The notes under the pieces are model-generated. The model had not been told where the DNA came from. It did not search any database and saw nothing but the letters and a program-made list of their open reading frames with translations. A stretch of DNA of 64,000 bases from the NCBI GenBank assembly GCA_030295235.1, contig AP026128.1, positions 372,001 to 436,000 of the forward strand, given 5' to 3'. Below are positions 11,527-21,977 of the stretch, piece after piece. The DNA is from Fistulifera solaris. Its lineage: Eukaryota. Position numbers and translations under genes: made by a program. Each line of letters opens with the position of its first letter. The first letter of the stretch is position 1.

Positions 11527-12518
11527 ATGAATCTGAACACATTGAAACTCCTCCTCGTCGCGGCGATCGCCGTCAACGCTTCTCTTGTCGACGTTGTTGA
11601 CTTTGAAAGCATCAACAGTCAGCTTCAGGAGGAACCGAGAGACTTGCAAGGTATTTGCGCCGCCATTCTTCGAAATGTCCCCATTTTTAATGGATGCACC
11701 TGTGAACTGCAGTTCATACAAAACACTGCTACAATCAGTTGTGATGATAGGTGCCAGGGCTGCTCACAAACCGAAGACGTCTGTGTTGTGGGCTCGTTTG
11801 ACGCGACGATTGCGGTGGCTACTCTTGAAGTGCAAAAGTTATCTTCCGGGTTGAACACAGCGGCGATGACAGCAGTAAGCGCACGTTGCGACTTGAAATA
11901 GTTGAAGGATCAAACCCTAGTTGCAGCACATTCATCAACAATGTGAAATGCTCGTCCTGTACCTTGAGCACCTCCAACATTGATCTCAGCGCGAACTGCA
12001 TTGACGCCGTCCATGATTGCCGCAACATTGGTTTTGGCCGCGTGGATGGATGCGACTTGACTGCTCTACGAGCTCTTCCGTCCGAGAATCCGTTCAGTGT
12101 TTTGAGGAGTGACATCCTATTCCCTCTCGAGACTTGTCTCGCTCAGGATGGCGCACCAGCTCCAGTTCGAGCGCCAGTACCCGTGCCTGTACCAGTTCGA
12201 GCACCCGTTCCAGCTCCTGTTCGAGCCCCAGTGCCGGTTCCTGTTCGAGCACCAGTTCCAGCTCCTGTTCGAGCACCAGTTCCAGCTCCTGTTCGAGCAC
12301 CTGTTCCAGCTCCTGTTCGGGCACCTGTTCCAGCTCCTGTTCGGGCACCCGTTCCGGTTCGACCACCCGTGCCAGCACCGGTTCGCGTTCCAACATTGCC
12401 GGGCATTCCGCCCAAAAAGACTCCGCCAGATAACAAGGACAAAGATCAATTGAAACTTTCTCAATTTGATGCCGATAGAGGTGGCCTCAAGCGCAAGCTC
12501 AAGAGCGCCCGTGGCTAA
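11527..12518 (+). CDS. Secreted Cys-rich protein with PVRAPVPA repeats (paralog 1 of 3)
   Basis: Signal peptide [22 protein letters not shown] motif, Cys-rich domain. A 1-nt frameshift at ~11848 joins ORFs 11461-11901 and 11886-12518, and the joined protein aligns to paralog 2 (GDDSSKRTL vs GQDSSKSTL). Confidence 0.85.
12153..12390 (+). repeat. Coding 24-bp tandem repeat encoding PVRAPVP(A/V)
   Basis: About 9 units similar to CCTGTTCGAGCACCAGTTCCAGCT. Confidence 0.95.
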
Positions 12519-13684
12519 TCAAATAGATACAAGGGGAAGATTGGACGGTCCATCATAGTTTTGTATGCGATAGATGCATAAAGCCGTATTAACAGTATTA
12601 GTAAGTGTTCTTTGTGTCGGCAAAGGCTATCAAACTTCCTGTTAGAGACATCATGATTAATTGGGTTGCTGTATGCTTTTGAAAAGAAATGCGTCGACAA
12701 TCCCGGGACAGCAAGCCGATTGGGAATGAATAGGAGCCTACCAGGTACCTAGCATATTTGACGCTGTAGTGCTTCCAATCTTTATAGTAGACCACAAACA
12801 AAACCAAATCGGGTTAAATTCGTTGTGCATGATGCATTAGTCTTAAAATATAAGTAGACTCAGGTTCCATTATGGTCTCCATTAATCACTACGTACTGTT
12901 TATGAGCTAAGGTTGACGTCTAGGATGATTTTTTGTGAATCAAATTGTTTCAGTCCCGGAGGTGTTTACGCGACTATGAAACCAATATTATAACCCAATC
13001 GCATCACCAAACCCAAAGAATCTATTGAATTTCTTAAAAGCTATAAATATATCGTCGTACAAGAGTCAAAAACAATGCACAAGGTATTGAAATACGTAGT
13101 AATTATAGGTGACAATTGCTGGGACTGAGTTCACTCGCGACCTCTTTCGTCAAGGACGACACCGGCTCCACTAAAGACGCACAGGACTCTCCACTTCTGA
13201 GCTCTAGGGCTCTCTAATTGAAAAATTGAGACCAGATCATAGATCATTAACATGATACATGATTTTCCCCAAGTGCCGCCACGTTTTTCATAAGATCAAA
13301 AGTCGACGATGATTTTGCTTCCTGGAACTTTCTTTAGCTTGTTACACTCTGTTGTTCTGTACTCCGATCGTTCTCTAGAAACCCACGAGCCAACAAGCCA
13401 ACATCGAACACGACTGTAAGCGCATTGAGAAAAATAGCTTAACGTTACAGTTGGAAAGAAGCCGTCTACTTAGAGTTTTCAGAACCGAGTGTCCATTCAA
13501 CGGACAGATAAAAGCGGCCCCGTGTCCCGTGTCCAATGGCCTTTTATTAAAACCAAAGACAGTGTCGAAGAATGTCGAGCATCGATCACATAAATCCTCT
13601 TACATTTGCTCTTATCTCTTATCGTTGGTCTTTGGTTATCATTATTTGTTCCATCTATTACGTTCTATGCTCTATTTCGTCGCA

Positions 13685-14603
13685 ATGAGGCCCTTCATAT
13701 TCTTCATCTTATCCTTCGTTGCAACACGAGCTGCTCCCTCGATCGATCTTTTCGCAAGTCGATGATCTCCGCAGAGATCTCCGCGAATCTGGCCGCGAGT
13801 TGCAGATTAATGGAATTTGCACCGAATTGCTGAGCGTATTTCCCTTTGACGGATGCCGATGTAACATAAATGCCCTGCAGAACAACGTTCAAGTTGTTTG
13901 CTCGAATTATTGCAACCTTTGCGCTACAACGGAAGACCTGTGCGTTGCCTATTCCTATACCGTTCAGTTCTCTCTGGTGCCCCCTTTGCAACCGCAGCGA
14001 GCGGTTATCCGTGAAGTCCAAACGGGTCAAGACAGTAGTAAGAGTACGCTAGTGATCGAAACACGATACAACTCAAACCAAGTGCTTCTTTCTTGCTCCA
14101 CATCAATCAACAATCAGCAATGTTCGTCGTGTGTGATTAACAGCTCATGCGCGGATGCCATTCATGACTGCCGAAATGTTGGACTCCCCGGTGTTGTTGA
14201 CTCGTGCAACAAAAACCAACTCTCTGCCTTGCCTTCGACCAACCCGTTTTCTACGCTCGCAAACGATGAGCTTAATTTTGATCAGTGCTCGGCGCCTCAG
14301 AATCCTGCACCCGTTCGGGCACCCGTGCCTGCTCCTGTTCGCGCTCCTGTGCCAACTCCTGTACGCGCTCCTGTTCCTACTCCAACATCTTCTGGAATCC
14401 CGCCGAAGAAAACCATTCCGACGAACAAGGAGAAAGATCAACTGAAACTTTCCACTTTTGATGCCAATCGAGGTGGCCTTACGCGCAAATTGAAGAGCAT
14501 CCGGGGAAGTGAGTCACTTTCAACTAACTATGTACCAACTGATCAAATGCGGGCGGAATCGATGCCTAATTATGAAACATTACTGTACGCTAATGAATAC
14601 TAA
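13685..14603 (+). CDS. Secreted Cys-rich protein with short PVRAPVP repeat (paralog 2 of 3)
   Basis: Signal peptide MRPFIFFILSFVATRA, frameshift in the T-run at ~13750, RELQ motif, same Cys spacing and C-terminal IPPKK..KDQLKLS.FDA.RGGL.RKLKS motif as paralog 1. The 3' end is uncertain because of a possible donor GTGAGT at 14509. Confidence 0.85.
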
Positions 14604-14626
14604 TGCGCTCAAATATTTTCATCACT

Positions 14627-15723
14627 TTATTTACTTTCTAAAACCATATCAGCGTGATGTCTAGACGTCTCGTGTATCCAAGCAGAGTTCAGGACTGATA
14701 ATGGGCCAACGAGCATATGGATATGAGCTATAGCTAGTTACGTCCGAGAATAACAAATACCTTCAAACACTACTTACCGTCATTGCTGTCAGCTTTCCTT
14801 TCAGCCCCAATTCTACCTTCACCCCATAAGATCATCTTCTCTTCTGTCCAAGTTTTCAAGTGCCTGTTGATGAGTCTCTCTCGTTGCTCTTCAAGAGTTG
14901 TGCAGGAGATATACCTAGTTGAGAGAATGCACGTAAGAATAGTGTACGGGAATTTATTGACATGAAGATCGAGGACTTACCATGTTTCATCAAAAATTCC
15001 CTTGAGCGGGGCCCAGGCTGGATCATCCCACGCCAAAAGATAGTTTCCTTCTAACAACACGATCGTGTGGGTTAGTTCCAAAGAGACCCCATCGGGTATC
15101 GGATCACTCACGCTGCGATCGTAAATCGGTAGTTTAGCAGTGCCCTTCTCCCGAGCTTCCTGAAAGGCTGCTATACATGCTTGGGCGTTAAAAGTCCATG
15201 GGGCACCTCGACGCTTTAAAAGCTCTTCGTACGTGTACACGGCTCCTTCCGCTTCCGCCATCTTCTTCAATTCGGCTCTACTGTAATGAAACCCATCCAT
15301 AGGTAAAGCAACCGCCATTCCCTCTTTCAATCTCACATTGATTCGCTTCGCAACTTCATACGCCAAGGTTGACTTGCCCGAGCCGGGTCCTCCGGCAATC
15401 GCTATAAATAGTTGTCCATTACGGAGATTATCCTTGTTGACATCGTAGAGATGAATGACCCGCTTCGCCAAATCTTTGTAAAGTGCTGTAGCAGTAACGT
15501 ATTCTGTCTCGAGGTCCTCGGGTAAGCTAAACGACATGGTGCGTTCGTGTTTTTGTTCATCATGTTGCGTCTGTGGCTCGAAATGGAACTGCTCGTTTCG
15601 GTCTTCAAAAATACTCTCCACTTTATCTTCGCGCGTCATATCTTCCATCTCCATGTCTTCCAACGACGACGCTCGTCGCCGCATCGAAGAACGAGGCTCG
15701 ACATGGTCCTCTTTTGTAAGCAT
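14627..15723 (-). CDS. P-loop kinase, YFH7/uridine kinase/phosphoribulokinase-like
   Basis: IAIAGGPGSGKST, LPMDGFHY, RRGAPWTFN, LEGNYLL. Two introns (~14980-14915, ~14778-14694) give the C-terminus YISCTTLEEQRERLINRH...DSNDVLNSAWIHETSRHHADMVLESK*. Confidence 0.88.
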
Positions 15724-15895
15724 CTTTGTAACGATTGATAGGTCTATTGAAGAAACGAAGAGCTACAATTATTTGAAGCACTCTTGTGAATGAGAATTTG
15801 TAATCCGGGGGAATGAATGAGCCGCATTCGTTTCAAGCGTGTGTTGGTGGCAAAAATGGCACGAGAAAGAACTTCGATCGATTTTCCACCGAAAT

Positions 15896-16363
15896 CATAG
15901 GAGTAAGTAGAAACCCTGGGATGAAGACATGTCTGTTCTCGACCGTTTTTTACGCGTTACGCCGTATTATGAGCTTATCTGTCACTGTACATAGTGCGAC
16001 ATCGGTCAAAATGGGTCGAATATCGATCTTTGAAAATGCTGCACCGTGTAATTATCACGGCAAAATGATCGATCTTTGCATGTCAACAACATAATCAAAG
16101 TATGGTCCGACCTTTGGCCGTCATTGCAAATCTTTCTTTCTTAATATTTTAAAACAATTTAGTATCACGGCCAAGGGTCGGACCATACTTTCGTATTAAG
16201 GTAGGGCCACTAAGGTCAGCCTTTTGTCGTGCTGTTACGCGGTGAAAATTTCGGAGCAGCAGCGCAAAGGGTCTGACGACGGACAAACGTTGGTTTAAGC
16301 GGAGAAACTATCAACGGTTGAAAACAGACATGTCTTCATCCCAGGGTTCTACTTACTCCTATG
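15896..16363. mobile_element. Non-autonomous TIR DNA transposon (MITE), P-element-like termini
   Basis: TIR CATAGGAGTAAGTAGAAACCCTGGGATGAAGACATGTCTGTT at 15896-15937 and its reverse complement (one base missing in a T-run) at ~16323-16363. Direct repeat CCGAAAT at 15889-15895 and 16364-16370. No transposase ORF. Confidence 0.9.
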
Positions 16364-16594
16364 CCGAAATCATCGGTCGTCCTGATGTCAATTTCTCCAT
16401 CTGGTTTTGTATTTAAGCTAGGCTAAACCAGATCGGTTCTCAACGAAATCTATCACGTTTTGTAGATAACGTAACACTCGCTAAGAATTGGCACTCACGG
16501 TTTTCGGATTTTTCAAACCAAGTTCATGGATAAGAACAACAACACAACATGCTCATGTCATCCGTATACAGAGGCTAAAGAAATAAAATAGCAA

Positions 16595-17362
16595 ATGAAC
16601 AAGTCGCTCCTTTTGCTAGCATTTCTACTACTTCAGCGTACTCACGCTGATCTGTTGGAGAACGCTGTTGACGATCACAACCCGTCAGCAGCCTTCTTTG
16701 ATCAAAGAGACCTTCAGAATGCCAACGCGTGCAATCAAATTCTTCGGGAGCTACCGGATGGATGTACATGTGTACCTTCGAGTGTAAGGGGTACTTTTCG
16801 TGCTACCTGTAACAGATTTTGCCAGAGGTGTTTGTCGACCCAACAAGTTTGTGTGACGTATTCTTTGAAATTTGAATACCGACGAAATGATGCAAACCTC
16901 CAATACATCCCAAGATCCATTGAATATCAAGCTTCCTACACGGGACGTGACAGTGCGAAAGTGGGATTTTCGTTCAAGACAAACTATGATACGTCTTTTA
17001 ACGCGCAAACCTGTACATCCTCCATTGACGGTAAAAGCTGCCTATGTGTAGTGGACCAAAGTGCGTCGTGCGTGGGAGAATTGCGGCACAATTGTGCGGG
17101 TGTAACATCGGGTGTCTTTGAAGCTTGTCGTCGAGAAGCACCTTTGACCTTGAACAGTCCCTTTCTGGCTTTTACACGGGCCGAGCTGCGCATCGAAACG
17201 TGTGGACTCGATATCCTTCCCGACCCCCGAACAGCAATCCCTCCCAAAAAGAGTCTTCCTGACCGAAATAAAGATGTGCTCAAACTTTCGATTCCAGCGG
17301 ATGGGCTGCGTGGTAGTTTAACCAGAAAGATGCGTTCGAGGATCACGATGATGAGCGTTTGA
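16595..17362 (+). CDS. Secreted Cys-rich protein without the Pro-rich linker (paralog 3 of 3)
   Basis: Intact 255-aa ORF. Signal peptide MNKSLLLLAFLLLQRTHA, RDLQ, shared Cys pattern (DGCTC, CNRFCQRC, VCVTYS, CTSSI, HNC, SPF), C-terminal IPPKKSLPDRNKDVLKLS...RGSLTRKMRS. Confidence 0.88.
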   Translation: MNKSLLLLAFLLLQRTHADLLENAVDDHNPSAAFFDQRDLQNANACNQILRELPDGCTCVPSSVRGTFRATCNRFCQRCLSTQQVCVTYSLKFEYRRNDANLQYIPRSIEYQASYTGRDSAKVGFSFKTNYDTSFNAQTCTSSIDGKSCLCVVDQSASCVGELRHNCAGVTSGVFEACRREAPLTLNSPFLAFTRAELRIETCGLDILPDPRTAIPPKKSLPDRNKDVLKLSIPADGLRGSLTRKMRSRITMMSV

Positions 17363-17785
17363 TCGTGTTTCAGTACTCTGCCGCAATATTAGCATTAAAC
17401 TTACGCTTTACGTCAAGTTTCTCATGTTCTTAGCAATGCTGCTCCGATTTTTTCAATACATTAAACAATTAATGTAGTCTAGCTTATAGCTAACAGAAAG
17501 ATAGACAAGAAGGAACCTGGTAAGGTTAACACGGAGTAGTAATAGGGAGCTCTCATCGACCATTAACCCTACTAAAGCTCGCGTACGTTTCTGCTGCGTT
17601 TTTCGCGCCAATAAAGCTACTATATTATTTACAGTCCAGTTACCGATACGACGCAGCATTTTTTTGCAACAGTAGATGAAGCGCCGCGCGCAAGAAAACT
17701 GTTGCAAAAAACGCGGAGAATAATAAGATGAGCAACAACAAAGAGCGACGAAATCCCGTGTCATTCCTTTGAATATATTATTACC

Positions 17786-20700
17786 ATGCACATCAAACAC
17801 ATTACAATATCCAACTTTCGATCCTTTCGTGATCAAACGCAGATTGAAGCCTTTTCTCCGGCGCTCAACTCGGGTACGTGACAGAGTCGTCTTTGGTTGT
17901 AGCGCCGCATGTCTCTCACGAGGATAATTTTCTTTTACCCTGATTTTATGTTCTTCTTCACTTCACAGTCGTCGGACGAAATGGAAGTGGGAAAAGTAAC
18001 CTTTTCGATGCGGTGCAGTTTTGTTTATTAGCTCCGCGATTCGCCAACTTGCGACAGGTACGAAAATTTTACCCCCGTGAAGCAATGCTGACATTCAAAA
18101 AATGTTCTAACAGTCTCTTGTAATTCCAGGAGGAGCGACAAGCCTTGTTGCATGAGGGATCCGGATCAGCTGCGGTCAACGCGTATGTCGAAATTGTGTT
18201 TGACAACTCGGATCATCGCTTCACTTTGGAGCAATCCGACGAGGTTGTCTTGCGACGAACGATCGGTGTGCACAAGGACGAGTTCTTTTGCAAAGCAAAC
18301 GCACTACCAAGAGCGAAATTCAGAGTCTCCTCGAGAGTGCTGGATTTTCGAAATCGAATCCTTATTTCATCGTTCAGCAAGGAAAGATTCAGGACTTGTG
18401 TACCATGTCCGACGCGGACCGTTTGAAGTGGCTGCAAGAAGTTGCCGGTACTGTCTTGTACGATGAAAAGAAGCAGGAGTCGACACGCAAAATGGCAGAG
18501 AATGCCAGCAGTCGGGAGAAAATTGACGGCATGCTGCAGGACATGGATGCCAAGCTCGAAGAACTCGAAAGCGAACGGGATGAGTTGACGCAATATACGG
18601 AACTCGACAAGCGCCGTCGTGCCGTGGAGTATTCCTTGTACGACGCCGAACACCGGAAGGCGATCCAGTGGTTCCAGGCACTTGAGGACGAGCGAGCGAA
18701 TCATTTTGAACATCTCAAAGAGTTGCACGAGAAGGCGAAATCGACGCACGATGCCATCCGCCATGCCGAAGCCACTCTCAAGGCCGTGTCACATCAAGCC
18801 AAACGCAATCGAAACAACTTGCAAGTGATCATTCAAGATTACAAAGAAGCATCCGTGCAGTCGACGCAACTTCAAGGGCAAGTACGTGAGTATCAAGAAG
18901 CTCTCTCCTCGACCACGGAGCAGCTGGAGAAGAACAAGAAAGAACTGGTTCGTATCGAAGCGGAAATGACGCGTGTGCGTGCCGAATTGAAGGAGAAACA
19001 GGCTATCTTTGACCAAGCCTCCGAAAAACTCATGGTGCTGAAAGATCGCCGAGAGCAAGCGGGTATTGAAGTGGAAGCTCTGTATGCAAAGCAGGGTCGT
19101 GGGCGACAATACGAAACGAAAGAAGAGCGTGATTCATTCTTGAAGACCACACTCTCTGATCTCGAAACAGCCCGCGCCGAGAAGCAAGCTGAGTTGGAGC
19201 AAAGTCGTGACACATTAGCGAACCTTCGACGCATTGTGGAGCAGGAGACTCAGCAGATCAATCAGCTCAAGAAAGAAATTCAGACCGGTTCCGCCAATCT
19301 CCAGCAAGTGACCAAATCTATAGAGGAGAAGAAAAGTCAAAAGCTGCAGGCCCACGACGCTCGCAAAGAAGAATACCGAAAGCTTGAAGAGTTGCATGAT
19401 GTGGTCAGAGAAGCACGGGAGAAGCACAAGCAAGCCGTCTTTGACACTCGGAAAACGATGCCGAAAGCGACTGCTTTGGGGATTGAAGCTCTCAGCAGCA
19501 TTGTCGAACAGGAAGGCTTAGTACAAGGAAAGCACTATTTCGGCTCGCTCATGTCGAATTTTACTCTCCAGCATTCCAAGTACAAAACCGCTGTCGAAAT
19601 CGCTGCTGGAAATAGTTTGTTCCACGTGATCGTTGACACAGACGACACGGCAAGCCGTCTCATGAAACGATTAGAGAGTCAAAAACTTGGTCGTGTGACA
19701 TTCTTGCCTCTTAACAGGCTCCGAGTTGATGATCTTGTCAAGGTCCCAGATGGAAATAGCGACATCCGGTCGATGCTTGACCTGTGCATTCAATACGATG
19801 CGACTGTGAAAGTCGCGATGCAGCATGTGTTCGGTAAGAAGCTCCTGGCGCGCACTACAGACGTTGCAGCAGAGTGGAGCAAGAAGCTTCAAGCAGATGC
19901 GATAACTCTCGATGGTGATTTATGCAGCCGAAAAGGTGCCTTGACTGGTGGATACGTCGACGCCAACAAGAGTCGCCTAAGTGCTTATCAAAATCAAGAA
20001 GAGGCCAAGACAGCATTGTTAGAGGCCGAGCGCTTATATCATGAAAGTGAGACGAATGCGAAACTTGCGGACCAAGCAGCAACATCTGTCGTGCAGGAGT
20101 TGCAAAAGCTAGAGGCCAAACACGGAGAGTTGTTGCACATGCTTGATTCTAAGGAAAACAATCTTGAACGAATGCAAGCCCGACTCGTTCAACGTCAAAA
20201 GCAGACACATAGCGCTGAAACAGCTCTCATTCCTGAAATCGAACGTTCTTTAGTGAAACTTGACGCGGACATGAAACGTATCGAGGATGAAATGGGGACC
20301 GAGTTGACAAAGTCCTTGTCCGAGGCTGAACGAGAACGCTTGAACGAACTCAAGCAGCTACAAACAGATCTTTTGAACGAAATTGAGGATCAGAACGAAC
20401 GGGTCTTGCACGCCAGCACGGAGCGCCAGAAACTGGAAAGCTTGTTGCATGATAACTTGATGCAACGTCACAAAGAGATCAGTGAAAGCAGCGGAATCGA
20501 CGACAATGATGGACCTGACTTCCTCTCTCCTAGGAAAAGCCGTGTCTTCTCGTCGACCGATATTCAAGAGCATCGTCTCGCTGAGAGTCGCCGCCAGCTG
20601 GAAGTTCAAACAAAGATTTTGGAAGACCTTGAAGCTCGCCTTACGGAGGCTCGAGCTTTGGACGAGAAATTCGGAGCAGAAATTTTGGTTGCCAAGAATG

Positions 20701-21855
20701 AATTAGAACAACAGAAAAGCCAAGATGCGAAGAATGTTGAGGCTCTGAGTGCGGCTCAAGACAAATCGGAGCGTTTATTGAACAAGGTTAGTAATTTGGC
20801 GTCTATGCCTACGAATCGATTTACATCGCTTACTAACATATTCACCGTTCTATCAGCGTTGCATGACCATCTCAAAGCGTGATATGTATGCACGTAAAAT
20901 CCAGGAATTGGGATCGTTGCCGAAGAAGTCTGAACTCGACAAAGTCAGCGGAAAGTCTATCCAAGACTTGATGCGCATTTTGGAGGGTATCAACAAAGAG
21001 CTGAAGAAGTACTCTCACGTAAACAAGAAAGCATTTGACCAGTACGTCAACTTCAATGAACAGCGCGATCAGCTTTTGAAACGAAAAGAAGAACTTGACC
21101 AGGGTGCCGAAAAGGTAAAAGAATTAATCGAAAGCTTGGACCGTCAAAAGGATGAGGCCATTAATCGAACGTTCCGTGGCGTTCGCAAGCACTTCAAAGA
21201 AGTTTTCAAGGCTCTTGTTCCGGATGGTGCTGGTGAGCTCATCATGCGAACGGAAATGGATGAAAAGGTTGCTGAAATCGACGACGACTCGTCTGATGAT
21301 GAAGAAAACGCCAAGAGTGTTGATAAAGCCAATCCAGATATCAGTCTGTATCGTGGAATTGGCATCAAGGTCAAATTTGCTAAAGTTGGGGAGAATTACA
21401 TTATGTCGCAGCTATCTGGTGGACAAAAAGCTCTCGTGGCGCTTGCACTTATTTTCGCTATCCAGCGATGCGATCCTGCTCCTTTCTATTTGTTCGACGA
21501 ACTTGACCAAGCTTTGGATTCTTCGTACCGTGCTTCTGTGGCGAACTTGATCAAGAAGCAGGCAGTTGACAAGGAAAATCCCGCCCAGTTCATTGTAAGC
21601 ACTTTCCGGCCAGAATTGGTCGCGGCAGCTAACGCTTGGTTTGGTATTAGTCACCAAAACAAAGTGAGTAATCTGCATTCCTTGACTCGGTCGGATTCTC
21701 TGCACTTCATTGCCAACCTAATGGAAGAAGAAGCCGTAGGAGACGTAACTACTGGGAACACTTCCAAGATCTCGCGTGCAACCCGCGAGTCTCGCAAGCG
21801 CAAGTCGATTGAGAACGATGCCGAGGAAGAAGAGAATAATGATGCCAGTGCTTAG
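17786..21855 (+). CDS. SMC3: Cohesin subunit SMC3
   Basis: [45 protein letters not shown], hinge [48 protein letters not shown]. Introns ~17874-17968, ~18058-18130, ~20788-20856; frameshift at ~18287. Confidence 0.97.
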
Positions 21856-21977
21856 GAACAGTTGAAGATGATAATGCTAGTGATTAGTAGACGGTAAATA
21901 ACTAGTTTTGCGAAACTCGCCAGGTCAATACAATGTGCGTGCTACTACCTAATTTAATTTACCTAGTCATCGACTAT

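Noticed and set aside
4940..12464. Alternative-frame repetitive ORFs over the PTPAL and PVRAPVPA repeats
   Set aside because: By-products of stop-free tandem repeats; only the Pro-rich frame connects to signal peptides and shows third-position variation.
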